Shown here: positions 37,001-49,000 of the stretch, one piece after another
How the letters are laid out: every line of letters starts with the position of its first letter
Position numbering within the stretch: the stretch's first letter is position 1
Origin: Amoebophrya sp. A120
Lineage: Eukaryota; Protista; Dinoflagellata
Assembly (NCBI GenBank): GCA_905178155.1
Contig: CAJINV010000003.1
Span: 5,484,728-5,545,775 of the forward strand
Length of the DNA stretch: 61,048 nt
Direction: 5' to 3'
Made by a program: the position numbers and the translations under genes
The notes under the pieces: generated by a model
Told to the model about the DNA's origin: nothing
Databases searched by the model: none
What the model saw: the letters and a program-made list of their open reading frames with translations, nothing else

Positions 37001-40000
37001 TTATTTACACAGGATAAAGTCCATGCAGAGAAAGGAACTGGTACCTGGACGGGGCGGGAAGCACCGGGCTGGACCGCAAAGCGTCTTCCACGTACGCGTC
37101 GTCCACGTTGTTCTCCTCCTCGTCCTATCAGATGTAAAAATGTCTGGGTCTGGAAGATTGCCAGGTTTGTCATGCATATTTTGAATGATCCATGATGTCT
37201 GTGATGCATGCCCTAGCATCACAGATTTTTAGAGGACTTAGCGATGCCTCTACCGCATGAGAAACTTCCTTTCCGCGTAGCACAAACTGGAGTCCTCTTG
37301 CTGGTCATCATGCAATACAAATTTTGATTTTCTTAGAATCCAGAGACAGCATTACATACAAGTTTAGAATCTTCCAGACCCAAACATTTTTGCAATGCAT
37401 ACGTCATCCCGCCGCGCGCGCGCATACTCGAGATCGGCCTGCTGGCGGTGGCGACGGAGCAAAGCCCCCAAGTGATGCGCATCCACCGTTTTCATCGCTT
37501 GGCTGAAAAGGTTGGCGTTGAAAACCTTCGCGAAGTCTTCGTTGTGTACGCCCCCCAGGGCGCCAACGGTCTCGACCTGCATTCCCAGGGCATCGTAGAA
37601 GTTTTGCACCTCGCCCGCGTTTACCGACTTCGCGTGCGGGCGTTCCCATCCATCCTGAAACTGCCCAGTCAGGGTGAGTTGGTAGACCCCGGAGTGATAG
37701 AAGGTGTGCACCGCATCGGCGCGGGTGAACCGAGAGATTTCTTCCTTCCCCAGGCGCTCGCGCACGAAAAAAACCTGGTTTGCAGCGCAGCCCGAAATTT
37801 CCACGGTCGCGAGTTGCAGCCCGTCCTCCCGATTGCCCACATGCAGCTCGTGGAGGCCCGGCGAAAGCGCGACCGCGATCCCTACTTTGTCGGACGGTAG
37901 AGTGACTGTAGCGTAGGTGTTTGCTTCGGAGTCCGTTCGTCCATGGTCTGCGCCGCCGTTTCCAAATGTATGGGCTGTATAATCTTCTTTGTCAGCCCAA
38001 TCCGCGAGAGAGTCGGCAGCGGAGTCCCACCAGACGTAGAGGCTGTCGTCGAGAGCTCGTCTTTGGCATTCTCCGAAGACGCCATAGGGGAAGCGGAAAT
38101 TTATCTCACAGGCTTCGGTTGTAAAATCCGCATCGTTGATGCTATTCACAGTCGTGACCCGCGCTTGAATTTTGTATTGACAATTGGAAACCGAAGTGCT
38201 GTGTGCGTTGTAAACGAGAAAGGAGGCCATCCCGAGTTCGCCGAGGTGCGTGTATTCCGGTGCGACCGGTGAGAACTGATCCGCCGGCATAAGTTGTACA
38301 TTGTCTGCCCGGTTTGGAACTGCAAGATATTTTCGGAATTCGTGTCCTTGCACCTGCGATCCGTCGGTTCGCGCATGCGTATCCGTTACCACCTGCATGC
38401 GCCCACGCAACCTGTGATAATCGTGCGCCGCGTAAATTTTCTGTCCGAGCTTCTCGAACACTTGGCCGGTTGCCTGGTCCTCCACGAGATCTGCACGGCC
38501 GGCGGCGGCATCGGAGAGGCTCGGCGAACCGCTGTCCACCGCGTGCGGCGCAGCCACACACTGGTGCTCGGCTACGGAGCCCACGTACGCCGCCCGGGGG
38601 ATGGCCGGGCAGGGCCCCGTGGTCACGGTCCCGTCTGCCACCGTGCTCCAACGGCAGCAAGCCCCGGGGTGTCCCTCTGCCGTGTCACAGGCCGCGCAGA
38701 GCGCGTTGTTCGTGCAGCTGCCCGGGCAGGCCCGCCCGGTACCAGCGCGCAGCGCCGGCTTCGGGTACTCGCGCGCCTCCGGGGGAATGATACAGACGAA
38801 GTCGCTCGTGCGCTGGAACACATCCACGGGCACTGGCTTTCCCGCCGAGACGAGGCAGGGATCACGGGGACCCGCGCCCCACTTGCAGCAGGCGCCGGCA
38901 ACTCCGCGCTCCACGTCGTCGCAAAAGGTACACCATCCCCCCTCTTGACCACACGACGCGTAGCAGCCACCAAGGCCCTGTGTGGGCTCCACCTGGTCCT
39001 CTCGACGTAGGGTGGTAGTTGTGCCAGCACCTCCTCCCTTGGACGACCAGGAAGATACGCCCCGGCGCGACCCTTCCACGGACACCTCCAGCACCTCCCC
39101 CGCGACGCGGCCGTGCAGGTCGTCAAACAAGGTATGACTTGCAAGAGTAATATCGTAATCGTACTACTAGTATGGATTGCATCACAAATTCTGCCAAGAG
39201 CAAAAATGGAGTTTGTCATGCTGGAAATTGGAGGTAACAAGGACAGATATCAATATGTGTCATGCATGTTGACTGAATGCAATTCATACGAGTTCATGTA
39301 CTTATATATACGATACATTTGCACTGGATACAAGGAGGGCCACTGCAACAGAAGGTACTGCCCGGGGCTCGCTCGTGAGCAGTCCACCGTGATTTGATAC
39401 GTTTCCGAGATCGGCGTCGCGAGGGGGAGCCCTCGCTTCGTACCATACTCCTTCTCGAACCTGACCGTTTCGCAGGCCTCGTCGAGGCCGCTCGGAGCCT
39501 GGGAAGCGAGAAAGTAATCTGGGCACTCCAAGTCATGCTGAGGCATTTGCTCTGGGAGCGGTTCATCCTGTATGAGAGTGCACAACTCGCCCTCCGCCCC
39601 CTCATTTGTATTATAGCATGAACGGCAATACGAGCATTAGCAAATGCAAAAACGCAGGTTTTGCATGATAAATTTGCACAGGAGAGTAGTGCCATTTCGG
39701 CTGCCAGAAGAGATGAACTTGTCCTGCATACCCGACTGCACCACATCAAAAACCTTTGCACCGTCGCCGCAAGCAGCTACGGCCGCAGGAGATCTAGGGT
39801 CAGAACCGCGAAAGGTATCGCGAGTATATCTTCATCCCCGAGATGAACTTGTCATGCAAACAGTGCCAAGAGGCACAGCCTGGGTTTGGTATTTTGCATG
39901 ACAAATGAGGGGGACGGAGCGTTGGGCAACCTCATATCCTGCCCGATGGGGTCGCAATACTCAAACCTCACGTTCGGGTCTATCGAATGCAAGTATGTCT

Positions 40001-43000
40001 GGGTCTAGAAAGTTGTGACGCGGAACTGTGGATGATGAAAACATTTCCGAAATAAAAATGCAGCCAAGCATGAGAAGTTTGCGGAACGCTTTCCCGTAGG
40101 CGTTGCCTTGCGCATGAAGAGAAGCTGCATCTTCGTAATGACAGTTCCAGTTGCAAGACTAGCTAGCATTACAAGTTCCAATTATTTTCCAGACCCCGAC
40201 ATATTTGCAATGCATAGGGTCAGTAGTTAGGCAAAAGATCGTCTCCACGGCGCCATGAGCCGTATCGTGTCTACAGTAGTTATGATCGCCCGTTACGCCG
40301 TGGGAATGCGTATGAGGACTCTGACTTGACCACTTCTGGCACTGCCTCCCGGATCTCGTTCGGGTCTGGCACCCAACGTAGCCGCTGCCGTCCCCGGGAC
40401 TATTCGGAATCCTTTCGTCGCAAGCACTTTGTCGCTTCTCGGCCCCAACGGGATCGCAGAGCTCGATCGGCACGTTCGGATCCAGAGTGTAGCACCAGAT
40501 CGTGGGTTGATTGTCAGTTGTGTCCCCGGGTCGCGGAAAATCGGGGTTGCGGCAGTAGTTGTGGTCCCCAACGGACTTAAACGAACTTGCGTCGTGCGGG
40601 GTCTGGCTCGTCCACTTCTGACAGACTCGCCCGGACCGCGTCCGGGTCTGGCACCCCACGTAAGCTGTGCCCGCGCCTCTTAGCGTCTCGTCGCACGGAC
40701 TTTGTCGCTTGCGAACCAAGGGATCCTCCAACGGCAACCCGTCGCCCGTTCTCAAGCTCGGGTCCGAAGTGTAACAAAAAATCGACGACTGTGTCGAAGA
40801 AGATACCAGTGTGTGCCGCAAGAAGTTGTGGTCCCCAGCGTGGGCCGCGTTGGTACCGGAACCCCCGTCAAACGTATCGTGCGTGTGCGGTGACTGGTCC
40901 GTCCACTTCTGGCACGGGACGCCCTCCAAAGTTCGGGTCGCGCAGCCGACGTAATTTATTGTCCATTTCGCCGCGTCGGTGTCTTCATCCACGTCCGCCT
41001 CGTCGCACAGAGACGTGTCGCTGTGCGGCACAGCGTATCGCTTCGCGGACGCGGCCAACTCGCAACCCCCCGTCGTGGCGTCCACGCGGCAACTGTTCAC
41101 CGCCCGTTGCCGCCGCAGCATCGCTCCCTCCTCGCCGGTTACCAGCACCTGAAAACCGCGGTCGGACTCCGGCGAGAGGTCCTCCACGTTCAGCCCCTTG
41201 TGGTAGGTGCACTGCTCTGTGTGGCCCGAGGTGTAGTGAGGCGTCTCCGGCATGGAAGAGAAAAAGTTCCGCCGCGAACCGTCTGCCGCACAGCTGGAGG
41301 AGGTCGAGGACGCCGTGGCGCGGAAAGCGATGCGCACTTTGTACACCTGGGAGACGTGCTCCAGGTCCAGCAGCAGCCACGGGCAGCGCTGCTCCCGGGA
41401 CACCCAGGATCCGGTTGTGAAGGATCGATCTAAAACGAACCGAGGCTCGTTACTCGAGGCTCCGGTCGTCCGATAGGCCTCACTCGACGCCAGTACGTGC
41501 GTTCGATCATTTGGGAGGAGGGATTCCAGCTGCGCCTCCTGCCGGCCCCACCTCAGCGGGGAGCCAAACATGTTATCAAATGCAAATATCTCTGGGTCTG
41601 GAAGAATGCAAGACTTGGTGGGTTGGTTGGTTGGTTGGTTGGTTGGTTGGTTGGTTGGTTGTTTGGTTGGTTGGTTGGTTGGATAGCGCCTGTCGCCGGT
41701 AATGCATAACCAGGCAGCTGCGCAGATTTTTAGAGGGCCTCCTGATGCCTATTCCGCATGAAAAATGCCCTCTACATGTAAGTAGCACAAACTGGACCCC
41801 TCTTGCTGGTCATGCAATACTGGTTTTTTTAGAATGCAGCGACAGTGTCATAAGTTGCAACCTTCCGGACCCAGACATATTTGCAATGCATACACGTCGG
41901 GGTCTAGCAACGTGGACCCGTAGCGCGCTCCTGGCACGGGGGAGTGCGGCTCCGCGTTCTGCGACGCGGGAGGGCCCGCCGCGTCGCCCCAAAAAACCGA
42001 GAAGGAGGCCCGACTGTGATCTGGGAGCGGCAGCCGCACGCGCAGCTGGGACTCCCCGCTCGGAATCTGAATATTCAGCAAAGCGCGAAAGGGACTGTTA
42101 TCGTACGAAAAAAGTGTTTCACTGTAAGGATTTTGCAGGTTTTGCATCACAAGTTTATTCTACATGACAGAGAAAATTTGCCATGCAAGGTTCCTAAGGG
42201 AAAACACACCTAAAAATCCACTGTCTTGCAGCATGTGTAGGAAGACAAACACTTGTGAGATGCAATTTCTGCATTACAAGTTTACAGTGAAACAGTTTTT
42301 TCTGGCGATAACTGTCCCCGCGGCTGCAATGCTCGTCGCGCACCACTCCGGTGGAGGCGTCAACTACGTGATGCAAAACCTGCGCCGGGCATGCGCTGAT
42401 CGTGTTGGTGCCAACAGGCTGGAGCTGCGCGACCGAGGCCGACGTCGCCGCCACGTGGACACGAGGTAAGAATGTTACCAGGGGGAACGTGACCGCGTCC
42501 TTGTAACACCCCATGGCAACTTCACCATCGGCCAGAGGATTGGCCGGAGACGAGTCGACCGATGTTGCAATATCAGCTCCGCACGGATCGTCAAGCCACA
42601 GCTGCATGCCTGCAACTACTACGTGCCACACATTATGTTCGTTCACCCGCAGCTCCTGCAGACACAGACCGTTGTCCGAGTTATACTTCGTCACGGCGAT
42701 GGACCTTATGCCGGCTCTCGGGATATGGAGACTACCGAACGTCGCCTCGACCCACGCGTCTGGTGTCACAGGCACCGACACGCTCTCGGTGGCTTCCTCG
42801 CCAGTTGTGGACTTCACCGTGATGTCAAAAGACCCGGCGCCCGCGCTTACACTGTGGCGACACGCTTGTATACTTACCCTGAGCGCTGTGGGCGACGCCG
42901 TCTGGTGCTGCGGGCTCGGAAACAAAACGGGCAGCGGCCACCGTGCGTGCGTGGATTTAAAGCAGTTGGCCCCCCTACTTGTGCAGTCATTCCCAAACCA

Positions 43001-46000
43001 CCACTCCTCGCTCAAGAGGGAAAACTGCTGTCCGAGGTCATCCTCCAGTTTGATACTCGACAGGCAGACGTCGTTGGAAGCTGTGGTGGCATATGAAACG
43101 CCTGCAAGATACACGATGCCGCGCTGTAAGAGAAGGGGATTCGCAAAGTCCTTCCGCAGAGTCGTGCCCGGGTTAGGAAGATCGAAATCGAGTGTGTGCA
43201 CTGCGAAGTTGGTCGCGTCTTCTCCCGCTCGAAGGAGCATCTTCACTGGGACGTCTCCTCCGCTGTCGGAGCTGTACTCCGTGCTGCACGATTGCACCTC
43301 GACGGTGGCTAGCTGCGCGACCGAGGCCGCCGCCGCCACATTGACAGGAGGTAAGAATGTAGTTCGCATGTGGAACGTGACCGCGTCCTTGTAACACCCC
43401 ATGGCAACTTCACCATCGGCAAGAGGATTGGCCGGAGACGAGTCGACCGATACTGCAAGATTAGCTGAGCACGGATTGCCAAACCACAGCTGCATGCCGG
43501 CAATCACCACCTCGTAGTCCCTGGGTTTTTCCGCGATCCGCAGCCCCTGGAGACACATACCGTTGTCCGTGTTATAGTTCGTCAAGGCAATGGACCTTAT
43601 GCCGGCTCTCGGGATCTGCCAACTACCGAACTCCACATCGACCCACTCGTCTGATGCCGCAGGCACCGTCGACATGGTCTGGGTGACTTCCTCGCCAGTC
43701 GTGGACTTCAGCGTGATGTCTAAGGACCCGGCGCCCGAGCTTGTACTGTGGCGACACGATTGTATCTGTACACGGAGCTGATTGACCGGCGCCTGCTGCT
43801 GCGCGCTAAGAATCAAAACGGGCAGCGGCCACCGTGCGTGCGTGGATTTGAAGCAGTTCGCCCCTCTGCTTGTGCAGTCATTCCCAAACCACCACTCCTC
43901 GCTTAGCAGGATAAACTGCTGTCCGAGGTCATCTTCCAGTTTGATACTTCGCAGGCAGACGTCGTCGGAAGCTGTGGTGACATATGAAACGCCTGCAAGA
44001 TACGTGATACCCCGCTGTAAAGGAACGGGATTCGCGAAGTCCTTCCGCAGAGTCAGGCCAGGGTTAGGAAGATCGAAATCGAGTGTGTGCACTGCGAAGT
44101 TGGTGTCGTCTTCTCCTGCTCGAAGGAGTATCTTCACGGGAACGTCTCCTCCGCTGTCGGAACTGTACCCCGCGCTGCACGATTGCACCTCGACGGTGGA
44201 CACAGAAATGACATTACTCGGCTGATTTTTTACACTCGTTGCAATGTCGATATAGTCAGCCTTGAAGGAGAAAGCGTCCTCGAGGGCCAAGGCAGTCACA
44301 TCCTGCGTCATTGGATACGGGGAGGCCACCACGCCTTCACCTGTCCGGTCGCGCCAGTCGTGCCCGGCAAACGCAGTCCCGAACCCGCAGGCCTGACCGT
44401 CGGCGAAGCCCGTCATGTTCGAGGCAACTGCGCGCCCGGTCAGGTTCCAACGGCCCAAGCAAACAACACCGGCGGCGGAGGATCCCCGAAGAAACGCACT
44501 GAAATCACGCCCCGGCCCCTGGTGCGGAACTACCAGGGACGCGCCGAACGTTGCGAACGCGGTCGCCGTGAGGTCCAAATGTGGCACCACGCCCGCGCCG
44601 CCCATGTCCTCGAACATCCCGCCCAGCTCCGGGACGCGACTCAGGTCCCAGCGCTGCAGGTCGGGGTCTGCATGTCTGGCTTGGGCGAACAGGCTCTGCA
44701 AGGCCCCCGTGCCTTCTGCACCGGTCGTGGTCGTCCCTTCGCGCACGTACACGTGGGCTATGGAAGTGTCAGAGCCGAAATTGACGAAATCGAAAAATTT
44801 GCGACGCACAAAATCGATGTTAGTTGGAGCTTCAGTTTTCAAGTGGCGCATCGCAAATTTCGGGAGCACCCAAATCCAGTCTGTCATGCTGCTTGGGCAA
44901 AGAAGACTGCTCCTGTCATGCTACTCTGGAAGCACATTGCATACCCCAAAACAGGCTTACAGTCGGTCAAGTCTCATAATTTGCCTGCTCCCCTCCAATT
45001 CAGGCCTTCAGTGGCCTACATTTTATGCATCACAAGTTTTTCGATTTTGTCGATTTCGATTCTGACACATCCATATGGGCCCCGCAGATGGTAAGCCGAT
45101 CATCGCCAAAGCCGTAAAGCGGTGCGTTGGAGGTGCGGTCTGCTTGGGCCAGCACGTACACATATTTCACCGGTTGCTTCGCCCACAGTTTGCCCGCGTC
45201 CAGGGAGACCACCGTGCCGCCTTCGCTGCCCGGCGCGACGCGCCCGAGCTGAATGTAGTCCACGCCCGCCACCATCTGTCCGCCCGTGACCAGGGCGTAC
45301 AGCTCTCGCGCGATGGCGGCGTGGTTGCTCGATTGATCTTGGTCCACGGTGATCGGGGGATCCAACCACACGGTAGCATGGTCCAGCCGTGCCAGCACGC
45401 CCGGATCTGTATCCTCCCGGTTGAACAGGTGCAGGTGGGACAAATGCCGCCTCACCCCGCCCCGCCACGGGGTGGGTTGCACCCGCCACCAGTTGAGACC
45501 CGTCTCCGGGGTGCTCGAGGTAGCGCCGGTCCCCGCTGTGAAAGCGCAGGTAGCGCCCCAATCCGAGTTGCCACTCACGTAGCTGAGCGGGTTTGTCGCC
45601 ACTTTGTCCAAGTAACTGCTGCTGCTGGTATCAATACTGGACTGCTGGGCCATCAGGTCTGCCGCGGCCACCCGTCTTGTGGTATCCGTCAACCCGCCCA
45701 TACCGTTCTCATGAGGAAAACTCCCTCCTCCCCAAGAACCGCATATTGACGATGCACGAAAGCCGAAAAAAATTATGCTGCTTGTGCCTATTGGTGCGCG
45801 CACTATCTAGCACACTTGGGCTGGCAAAAATCTGTGCGCGCGTTTTAGTCGACAGTCGAAACTACATATTGCACTATCATGCTAGTAAAGGGCTGGACTT
45901 CTTCTAGAAAGAACCTCAGCAGATCTAAAAGTCGCCCCCTATCCCTTGCATGCCGCAAGAAGACAAAGACGACTTCGGTCTGGGCCTCATACCAATCCCC

Positions 46001-49000
46001 TTTCGCGTATTTTGGCGAGGAGTCATCTATGAAAGCGCCAGAACCGAAATTCACTACAGAGTTGCAATAATTTGCGACACATGATAGAATCGCTACCAGT
46101 TAGCAGCCCAATCTCTGAGCGGCGCGTGACAAACTTCTGCAGCACCCAAATCCGGTTTGCCATGCTATAGCCGTTGAGGCAAAAATGACATCTGTTATCA
46201 TGCTCCTTCGGTAGGTGTATCTCGAGCCCTAAAGAGGCCTAGTACAAGCGGCCTCACTTGCCTTCTCTGCAAGACAGGCACTTTTTGCCTCGCATATTGT
46301 ATAATTATGCCCATGCAAGTTTTTCAACTTTGTGTTTGTCAACTTCGGTCCTGACGCTTCCATAGCATTTTTCCTCTCAATACGTGAGGCTCGGGAAAGC
46401 CCACACACTCGTGTCCGCGTTCAAAAACCGAGAGCCCTGGAACATACGGGAAAGCTATCGCGGAGGAGATCCCCCCTCCCCAGATTGAAGCGGCACGCTT
46501 CTGAAACTTCGTCACACTGATTCGCGGCTACCGATCGTGCCTGTCTTGCAGGGGGGCAAATCCAGAAAGTCCGCCGCATTGTGCAGGCGGTTTGTGATGC
46601 TTGCTGTTACTAGAGCCACAAGGCGTCGCGCGTCCGTCATGCTACCTCAGCGCCTACCTCAGAACATCCCTGCCCAGGCTTTGCGTCTGCCTGCAGTCCC
46701 TCACACACTGCAAGACGGGGCTGATTCGTGTACGCAAATTCCGCATCACTGATTTCGATTCAAATACTTACGAGAAGGGGGGATTTTTCTTCTTGATAAA
46801 AGCGTCAAGGCATTCGGCGCCTCAACGTGTCGAAGATTGTCTAACCCCAGCCAATTCCCGTAGCTTCCTGTGTAAAAAAGTGCCCACCCTGTGAATATAT
46901 ACGAGTACAGCTTCTTGCCGCGCTAAACAGACCGCGGCGCTGCCCTTATTTCTGTCTCTTCCTCCAGGTCCAGCATCGACGACGAATTACGCGTAGCATG
47001 CTTGGCCTTTCCATGTATCTATGTGCAAACTGTGGCCGCGGTAAGTGGCTGTCACGCAAGCAAGCTCTGTCATGCCGACACCGAAATGCGAGCATCCTCA
47101 ACATCTACCGGCCACCGTGCCAACTTTCCAACAGGAAATCATGCAGCACAGCATCGCACTCACTTACTTGTGCCCAAACTTGCCATGCCCAGGCCCATCT
47201 CGCAGCAGAGTTCCTGAATTTATGTGCGCTGGAGGGGCGTGGCTCGCGTACTTACTAGTACCTTCTTCTCGGGGCAACATGAAGGTTATTTGGGGCTGCT
47301 CCACAGGGTGGGGACGTTTTCGCACAGGATACTTCGTTAAATCTGAACAAACTTCCCACATCCGTGACGGTGGACGCCATCAGCCGCCGCACGGACGGCA
47401 GCTTGACCCCCGGTTCGAAGCCCTCAAACAGAGACGGCGCGGTAGCCAAGGAGTCCAGAGACCACGCCGAGCTTGCGGAGGAGCCAAGGTCTCCGAAGTT
47501 ACCCTGAAGCTCTCCCTTGTAGGAACTCATCGCCGGTCGCTATTCTGAATAAAAACGTCCCCCCCCAGAGTTATCATGCAAATCTGCATGCCAAAAAAGT
47601 TCCTCGTGCGGAGCTCCGTGGGAACCACTTTCATTCTAGTCGTGTTTTGGAATTTTTCATGCTACAATTATCAGCGTCATGCGCTAGATCTGTGACGCTT
47701 CGGAAGTAGCTCAACAGGGTTACACTCTACAGGGACAAGCTTGTCATGCGAAACAACCAAAGCTGGCTGGTTTGTCGTAGCAGATTTCCCATCTTGACTA
47801 TGGTGCGAGGACATTTTTACTCAGGATAGTCGCAGCGTGGAGGTCATCGTCCGACTCGTCACTCTGATCGGGGTATTCAACAAAGACTGCAGCTGCTGCA
47901 GACCGTCGTGAGCGTAGGCGTAGTCGGCGCTCTTTCCACCTGTGTCCGTCGGCCGCCCCGCTGTAGTGGTCTTCGCACTCCCGGGTATATCCAGTGCCGT
48001 CCGAACTAGAGAGAGGTCGGACCTTGCTCCGAGAAGTTGTTGGTGGTCCATCGCAGGGAAAAAGTGTTTACAGCGACACGACACTTGTCGCAACTTTAGC
48101 AACACAGACTTGCCCTGCATTGCAGAGATGAAAACTTGCCATGCAAAGATCCTACGGGACGAAAACACGTATGAAACGAGGCTCGCCATGCCTTTCCAGC
48201 ATGAGAGAGGTTGTCTGTCTTGCACGTTCTGCAACACAATGTGTAACTGTAAAACGCTTTTTTCGTTGCATATGGTCCATCCCTTGTTCATTCGCCGTTC
48301 TTCCCCGAGCCTCATACTCCCCGGACAGGTGGTTTGCAAAGAAAACTTGCTCGTAGGCAGAGCCGTCGCTGGCAAACACGAGCGCGCGGTTTTCTCTGGG
48401 CATTGGCATCAGTGCTGAGGAGGTGGTGCTCGCCGGACTCTCCTGGAACAACGCTGGCCTTGCGAAGTAGTCTTGTGAAGCCACGGCACCAGCAAGGTGG
48501 CTCAGCGGGTACGGAACACCGCTGGCGGCACTGATCGTATGCTCACCTCGTCCCCTCGCGTCTGGTCCTTGGATGCCGAGGTCGGACGGCAAAAATGTTC
48601 GGCTGCGTCGGGTACACTCTCCGAAAATTTTCACTTCGTTCAGCTGCAGCCTCCGGCCGATCGTGGTTTTCCACTGGCGGTCTGGTAACTCAACAAACAC
48701 GTAGCGCCCGACCGCAACTCCCGGCGGGCAGAACGCCGTGAGTTTCCACATAGGCTCGGCCGCGTCGGCAGGAAGTCCCGCAAAACCAACGCGCTCGAAG
48801 CCGTACCGCATCGTCCGCAGGACCCGAGCCGGGGATATGCCGTACCTTTCCACGCCTGAAGCTACCTCATTCGCCCCGGAGGGGTCCAGGCTAAAGGATC
48901 CGCACCATACCACCCGTCCGCGAGGAGCGAAGCCATCTCCCTCGTCCTGTCCATCTTCGTCGTGCCTCGCCGTGGACTGCGCCTGACCCTGCTGCGACTC

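Noticed and set aside
41616-41682. Telomeric repeat
   Set aside because: A simple (GGTT)n microsatellite inside an introner.
45707-46798. A single 1.1-kb intron
   Set aside because: It contains a coding exon (46383-46455) and three separate elements.
46799-46863. In-frame TGA (QSSTR*GAE) suggesting stop-codon reassignment
   Set aside because: After resolving the neighbouring introners the frame is GNWLGLDNLRHVEAPNALT, with no stop.
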